This document shows, piece by piece, positions 59,996 to 64,000 of a stretch of DNA of 64,000 nucleotides. Both the position numbers and the translations under genes were made by a program. The stretch is taken from positions 19,442 to 83,441 of the forward strand of contig JBHLOC010000022.1 in the NCBI GenBank assembly GCA_048940925.1, given 5' to 3'. Under the pieces are notes generated by a model that had not been told where the DNA came from, did no database searches, and saw nothing but the letters and a program-made list of their open reading frames with translations. How positions within the stretch are numbered: position 1 is the stretch's first letter; each line of letters begins with the position of its first letter. The DNA is from Promethearchaeota archaeon (lineage in GTDB: Archaea; Asgardarchaeota; Lokiarchaeia; Sigyniarchaeales; SOKP01).

Positions 59996-61063
59996 TTACT
60001 TCAATTCTTTTGGCTTTTCTCTAGGTATTCTTTCATATACTGGTAAAATAGGTTTAAATGGTTTGTGAGGTTCAGTTTGATACCAGTATGCTGTTGAAGA
60101 CAAGTCATCTGAACGTTGATTTGCATGTCCATGTTCAATTTTTACTTTAATATTTTTATGAAAGTAAATTGGATCTTCTATATGATATCGATAATAAGAT
60201 ATTTTCCCGCTCCACTGCTTTCCACCGGGCAATGTAATTCCAAAATAAGGTGAACAATAATATTCAGATGGACTCCATGAAGTACAAAAATAATCTTCAG
60301 TCCCAGTTCCATAAAGAATTATTTCACCATTATCAATTTCAATATAATCATCACCTTCACCAGGCCAATTGAATCTCTCGGTTTCAAATAAATTATGAAT
60401 ATCTAAATGACAGCCTATGTAATGACCCTCTCCCTCAGCTTCTAAAATAAAGTAATCATCTTCATGATTAATATTCTTTTTACTGAACATTTCTGCTTTC
60501 CAACCCTTTTCCTTTAATTTTTTATAATCTTGACCTTTACATGGGTTTTCCCGATTCCAATAAGCATGAAATCTACCATAAGAAGGATCTAATTTTTCAA
60601 AATTTTCATAATCAATATAAAAATAACAGATTAATACCTCATCAGTTTCATTTTCAATTTCTAATCTTGCTTGTTGAGAAAAAGGCATGGAAAAAAAAGA
60701 ATTAAATCCCTTACCATCTCTAGGCCCCATAGAAAGTGGTAGACTCCAGAAATTTACTGTCTTTCCATGTCCAACCCCAAAAAAATCACCAACAGGGCAT
60801 TCAACAGATGGATTTACCTCTTCATCCCACCACATGCGTAGAACAACTTTCCTTAAATAGTATTGATCTTTAGAGGCAAGAGTCATCCAAATATGCTTGA
60901 TAATTCCTGCTCCCCTTATATCACATATTATATATTTATTATGTTTTTCTATAATTACAAAATCGGCGTTGGCACCATTTTTATCATAGCTGGAAATACG
61001 CATTCTTTTAACATTCTTTTTAATCTTCGCTAAATTTGTAAGTGAATTAAATCCAAATTCCAT
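59996..61063 (-). CDS. DUF2961 / GH172 glycoside hydrolase
   Basis: G.G.I.HIWMT, PSVECPVGDFFG, GEGDD, GTGTEDYF, YR.H..DPI.F, IEHGHAN. Confidence 0.9.
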   Translation of the reverse strand: MEFGFNSLTNLAKIKKNVKRMRISSYDKNGANADFVIIEKHNKYIICDIRGAGIIKHIWMTLASKDQYYLRKVVLRMWWDEEVNPSVECPVGDFFGVGHGKTVNFWSLPLSMGPRDGKGFNSFFSMPFSQQARLEIENETDEVLICYFYIDYENFEKLDPSYGRFHAYWNRENPCKGQDYKKLKEKGWKAEMFSKKNINHEDDYFILEAEGEGHYIGCHLDIHNLFETERFNWPGEGDDYIEIDNGEIILYGTGTEDYFCTSWSPSEYYCSPYFGITLPGGKQWSGKISYYRYHIEDPIYFHKNIKVKIEHGHANQRSDDLSSTAYWYQTEPHKPFKPILPVYERIPREKPKELK

Positions 61064-61334
61064 TTAAGTCGCCTAATTATATTTTTTAAATTATTAAATA
61101 TATACCCAGAATTAAGCATTATTATTTAAGTTCTCAAAAGTTTAATCTTAATGATCCAAGAATGTATTAACATTTTTTTTATTATAGTAATTAATTCTCA
61201 GAAGTTATTTTTCAGATAGTAGAAAATCTTTTTTAGGTGTTTATTTTAATATGTGATAAAACTTATTTTCAATTTCATTTTTTTGCTAAAAATTTAGTAT
61301 ATGAAAATCTAATTATTCCCATAGAGTAATACGT

Positions 61335-61868
61335 ATGAAATTTACAATAAAAGAGGAAGAAATAAAGGAAAGAGTTAATGAACTGGCTCAAGAAGTTTAT
61401 AATTTCTTTAAGGAAAAAGAAATAGATTTTATTTATCTCATTTTCATTTTAACAAGTTCATTTGTTTTTGCATCTGATTTAATGAGAGTTTTATCTAAAT
61501 TAGGTTTAAAAATTCAAACCGATGTTATTTCTGTCAAATCATATGTTGGTGTGCAATCTGGAGATATTTCAATTAATCCAGATGATATATATAGACAGAA
61601 TTTAAATAATAAAAACATCCTTATCGTAGATGATATTTTAGATACTGGAAAAACACTTACATATGTTAAAAAACAAATTCTTGAAACTTATAAGCCTAGA
61701 ATATTAGAATTCTGCTGTTTTTTAGAAAAAGATAAACCAAATAGGAAGTTTAATTTTAAAGTTAGATTTCTTGGATTTAAGATACCAGATGTGTTTGTCG
61801 TTGGATACGGACTAGATTGCGAAGGAAGGGGTAGAGAATTACCTTATATAACTGAAATTAATCAATAA
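61335..61868 (+). CDS. hpt: hypoxanthine-guanine phosphoribosyltransferase
   Basis: VDDILDTGKTL PRPP loop, KSY, FVVGYGLD...R.LP.I. Confidence 0.9.
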   Translation: MKFTIKEEEIKERVNELAQEVYNFFKEKEIDFIYLIFILTSSFVFASDLMRVLSKLGLKIQTDVISVKSYVGVQSGDISINPDDIYRQNLNNKNILIVDDILDTGKTLTYVKKQILETYKPRILEFCCFLEKDKPNRKFNFKVRFLGFKIPDVFVVGYGLDCEGRGRELPYITEINQ

Positions 61869-61990
61869 AACTAACAATTATATTAATCAACTATTTTGGA
61901 ACATGGTTTTTTAAGTTTTATTAAACTTTAAATAATAATATATAAGATTTTAGAAATAATAGTTAGGAAAAATAGACTATTTAAATACTT

Positions 61991-63613
61991 TTGAGTGAAA
62001 ATAAAACGTCTACTAAAATTGATAATTCAAAATTCTTGGAAATTAGAGAAAAAGAGATCTCAATTGGTGATGTAGTAATTGAGATGCGTGGTATTAAAAA
62101 GAAATTTCCGGGAATTGTAGCTAATGATAATGTCAACTTTCAACTAAAAGCAGGAGAAATACATGCATTATTAGGTGAAAACGGTGCGGGAAAAACTACA
62201 CTTATGAATATTCTTTATGGTCTTTATCAGCAAGATGAGGGAGAGATCTACATAAAAGGACAAAAAGTTGATATAAAAACTCCCAAACATGCAATCGAGT
62301 TAGGTATTGGGATGGTACACCAACATTTTATGCTGGTTGATGTTTTTTCTGTCTTAGAAAATATTGTTTTAGGTCTAAAAGAATTAAAAATTAAAATTCC
62401 TAAAAAAAAAATTACACAAAAACTCGAAGAATTTAGTAGAGATTATGGATTAAAAATCGATTCTCGAGCTAAGATTTGGCAAATATCTGCTGGTGAAAAA
62501 CAAAGAGTAGAAATTATCAAAGCCTTATACCGAGGTGCTGACATTTTAATACTAGATGAACCTACGTCAGTATTAGCAGAATCTGAGATAACGTCATTTA
62601 TAGATATGTTAAGAAAAATGGCAAACGAAGGGAAATCAATCATTTTTATTTCTCATAAGTTAAGTGAAGTCCTTTCCGTAAGTGATCGAGTTACAGTTTT
62701 AAGAAAAGGCAAGGTTCAAGGTACAGTAAATACATCCATAACAAATAAACATGAATTAACACAAATGTTGGTTGGAAAAGAGATAATATCCCGACCTGAT
62801 AAGAAACCTACAAAGAAGGGAAATGTAGTTCTCGATGTAAAAAATCTAAAAGCATTTAATGATAAGGGGATTGAATCCTTAAAAGGAGTATCTTTTGAAA
62901 TTTCTGAAGGAGAGATATTTGGAATTGTGGGAATAGCTGGAAATGGACAAAAAGAATTATTAGAATCAGTTACAGGATTGCGTAAGGTAACATCTGGTGA
63001 GATTTATTTGAATAAAGAAAATATTACTAATAAATCTCCAAAAATAATTAATATGAAAAATGTGGCTCATATACCAGAAGAACGAATAGATATGGGTATA
63101 GTTCCCAATATGGATGTATCAGAAAATCTAATTTTAAAAAATTATAACCAAATTCCCTTTGTAAAAGATATATATAAGGGAAAAATAAGGCTACTTCAAA
63201 ATTATGAGGAAATTATTAATTTTTCAACCAAATTAGTAGAAAAATATGAAATTTTAACACCAGATATAAATACACCGGTAAAAAGCCTCTCAGGTGGTAA
63301 CATTCAACGTTTAATTTTAGCACGAGAATTGTCATCAAACCCCAAACTTATAATAGCTGCTCATCCTACATATGGATTAGATGTAAGTGCAACTGAATTC
63401 ATAAGATCACTTCTATTAAATGAAAGGGAGAAGGGTACGGCAATTTTACTAGTTTCTGAAGATTTAAATGAGTCAATATCTTTAAGTGATCGAATTGCCG
63501 TTATTTTTAAAGGTGAATTTATCAAAATATTTGAAGCGGAGAGTGCTAACCTTGAAGATATTGGGTTAATGATGGTAGGTGAAAAGGAAATATATTCAAA
63601 TGGAGGTCTTTAA
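61991..63613 (+). CDS. nucleoside/sugar ABC transporter ATPase (two NBDs)
   Basis: GENGAGKT, MVHQHF, LDEPT, LSGGNIQR, PT.GLD, SEDL.E. Confidence 0.92.
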   Translation: MSENKTSTKIDNSKFLEIREKEISIGDVVIEMRGIKKKFPGIVANDNVNFQLKAGEIHALLGENGAGKTTLMNILYGLYQQDEGEIYIKGQKVDIKTPKHAIELGIGMVHQHFMLVDVFSVLENIVLGLKELKIKIPKKKITQKLEEFSRDYGLKIDSRAKIWQISAGEKQRVEIIKALYRGADILILDEPTSVLAESEITSFIDMLRKMANEGKSIIFISHKLSEVLSVSDRVTVLRKGKVQGTVNTSITNKHELTQMLVGKEIISRPDKKPTKKGNVVLDVKNLKAFNDKGIESLKGVSFEISEGEIFGIVGIAGNGQKELLESVTGLRKVTSGEIYLNKENITNKSPKIINMKNVAHIPEERIDMGIVPNMDVSENLILKNYNQIPFVKDIYKGKIRLLQNYEEIINFSTKLVEKYEILTPDINTPVKSLSGGNIQRLILARELSSNPKLIIAAHPTYGLDVSATEFIRSLLLNEREKGTAILLVSEDLNESISLSDRIAVIFKGEFIKIFEAESANLEDIGLMMVGEKEIYSNGGL

Positions 63614-63614
63614 T

Positions 63615-64000
63615 ATGAAAACAAGAAAACTAAAATCTCTAACTATTCAGTATGAAAAGAGAGAACAAGTTACTTCGGAAGATTCTTTTAAATTTAAGCT
63701 AATTGCGATAATAGTGGCATTCATTATAATGGGCATAATTTTTACAGCCTTACAAATTAATCCATTTTCTGCTCTATTCTCTATTTTTTCTTTTTCATTA
63801 TTCAGTCCTAATGGAATTGCAGCCGTACTTACAAGAATGATTCCATTACTGCTTTGTGGGGTGGGGCTTGCTATTGCATATAAAGCATTATTTTGGAATA
63901 TTGGTGCTGAAGGACAAATACTTGTCGGTGCTATTGTTGCGATAGGGATTGGTGTTTTTATTCCAGGAATCCCTGATTTCTTACTTTTACCATTAATTCT
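63615..64000 (+). CDS. nucleoside ABC transporter permease (partial, runs off window)
   Basis: ATG 63615; PLLLCGVGLAIAYKALFWNIGAEGQ motif; frame open to the end of the window. Confidence 0.88.
   Translation, partial: MKTRKLKSLTIQYEKREQVTSEDSFKFKLIAIIVAFIIMGIIFTALQINPFSALFSIFSFSLFSPNGIAAVLTRMIPLLLCGVGLAIAYKALFWNIGAEGQILVGAIVAIGIGVFIPGIPDFLLLPLI

Noticed and set aside
1-64000. CRISPR arrays, tRNA/rRNA genes, transposases/integrases, defence systems
   Set aside because: I saw no regularly spaced direct repeats, GC-rich structured RNA segments or mobile/defence motifs by eye; a covariance-model scan would be needed to exclude small RNAs.
61335-64000. hpt plus nucleoside ABC transporter as a novel system
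   Set aside because: Ordinary purine-salvage arrangement.

Overview
Low-GC, gene-dense archaeal chromosomal window. It is most consistent with an Asgard (Lokiarchaeia-type) genome, inferred from a Rab-like GTPase without a prenylation tail, HEAT and LRR proteins, GGTGA-type Shine-Dalgarno motifs and expanded acyl-CoA and Fe-S enzyme paralogues. I saw no rRNA, tRNA, CRISPR array or mobile element. In order, the window holds: an Fe-S protein; tandem thiolases; a soluble two-subunit molybdopterin oxidoreductase; a peptide-type ABC locus; a 950-aa repeat protein; pyrG; an acyl-CoA/TPP cluster; HEAT-LRR, 4-hydroxybutyryl-CoA dehydratase-like, TrmB-like, Rab-like and HEAT genes; an ADP-forming acyl-CoA ligase alpha subunit; a roughly 24-kb glycan/glycolipid and sugar-acid region; and a purine-salvage/nucleoside ABC locus cut by the window end. 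Best candidates for something new: (1) an Opp/Dpp importer whose two ATPases each carry large, mutually related N-terminal multi-pass membrane domains; (2) a thiolase pair in which the first copy has all three catalytic residues substituted but an intact reading frame; (3) a protein with three exact 148-aa tandem repeats I cannot assign to a family; (4) a KdgK-BKACE-SDR-Gfo operon behind glycolipid-type hydrolases. I also found four unannotated gene relics, a 40-aa ORF and probable ATA/ATT starts. All functional calls come from motif recognition by eye; no searches were run.
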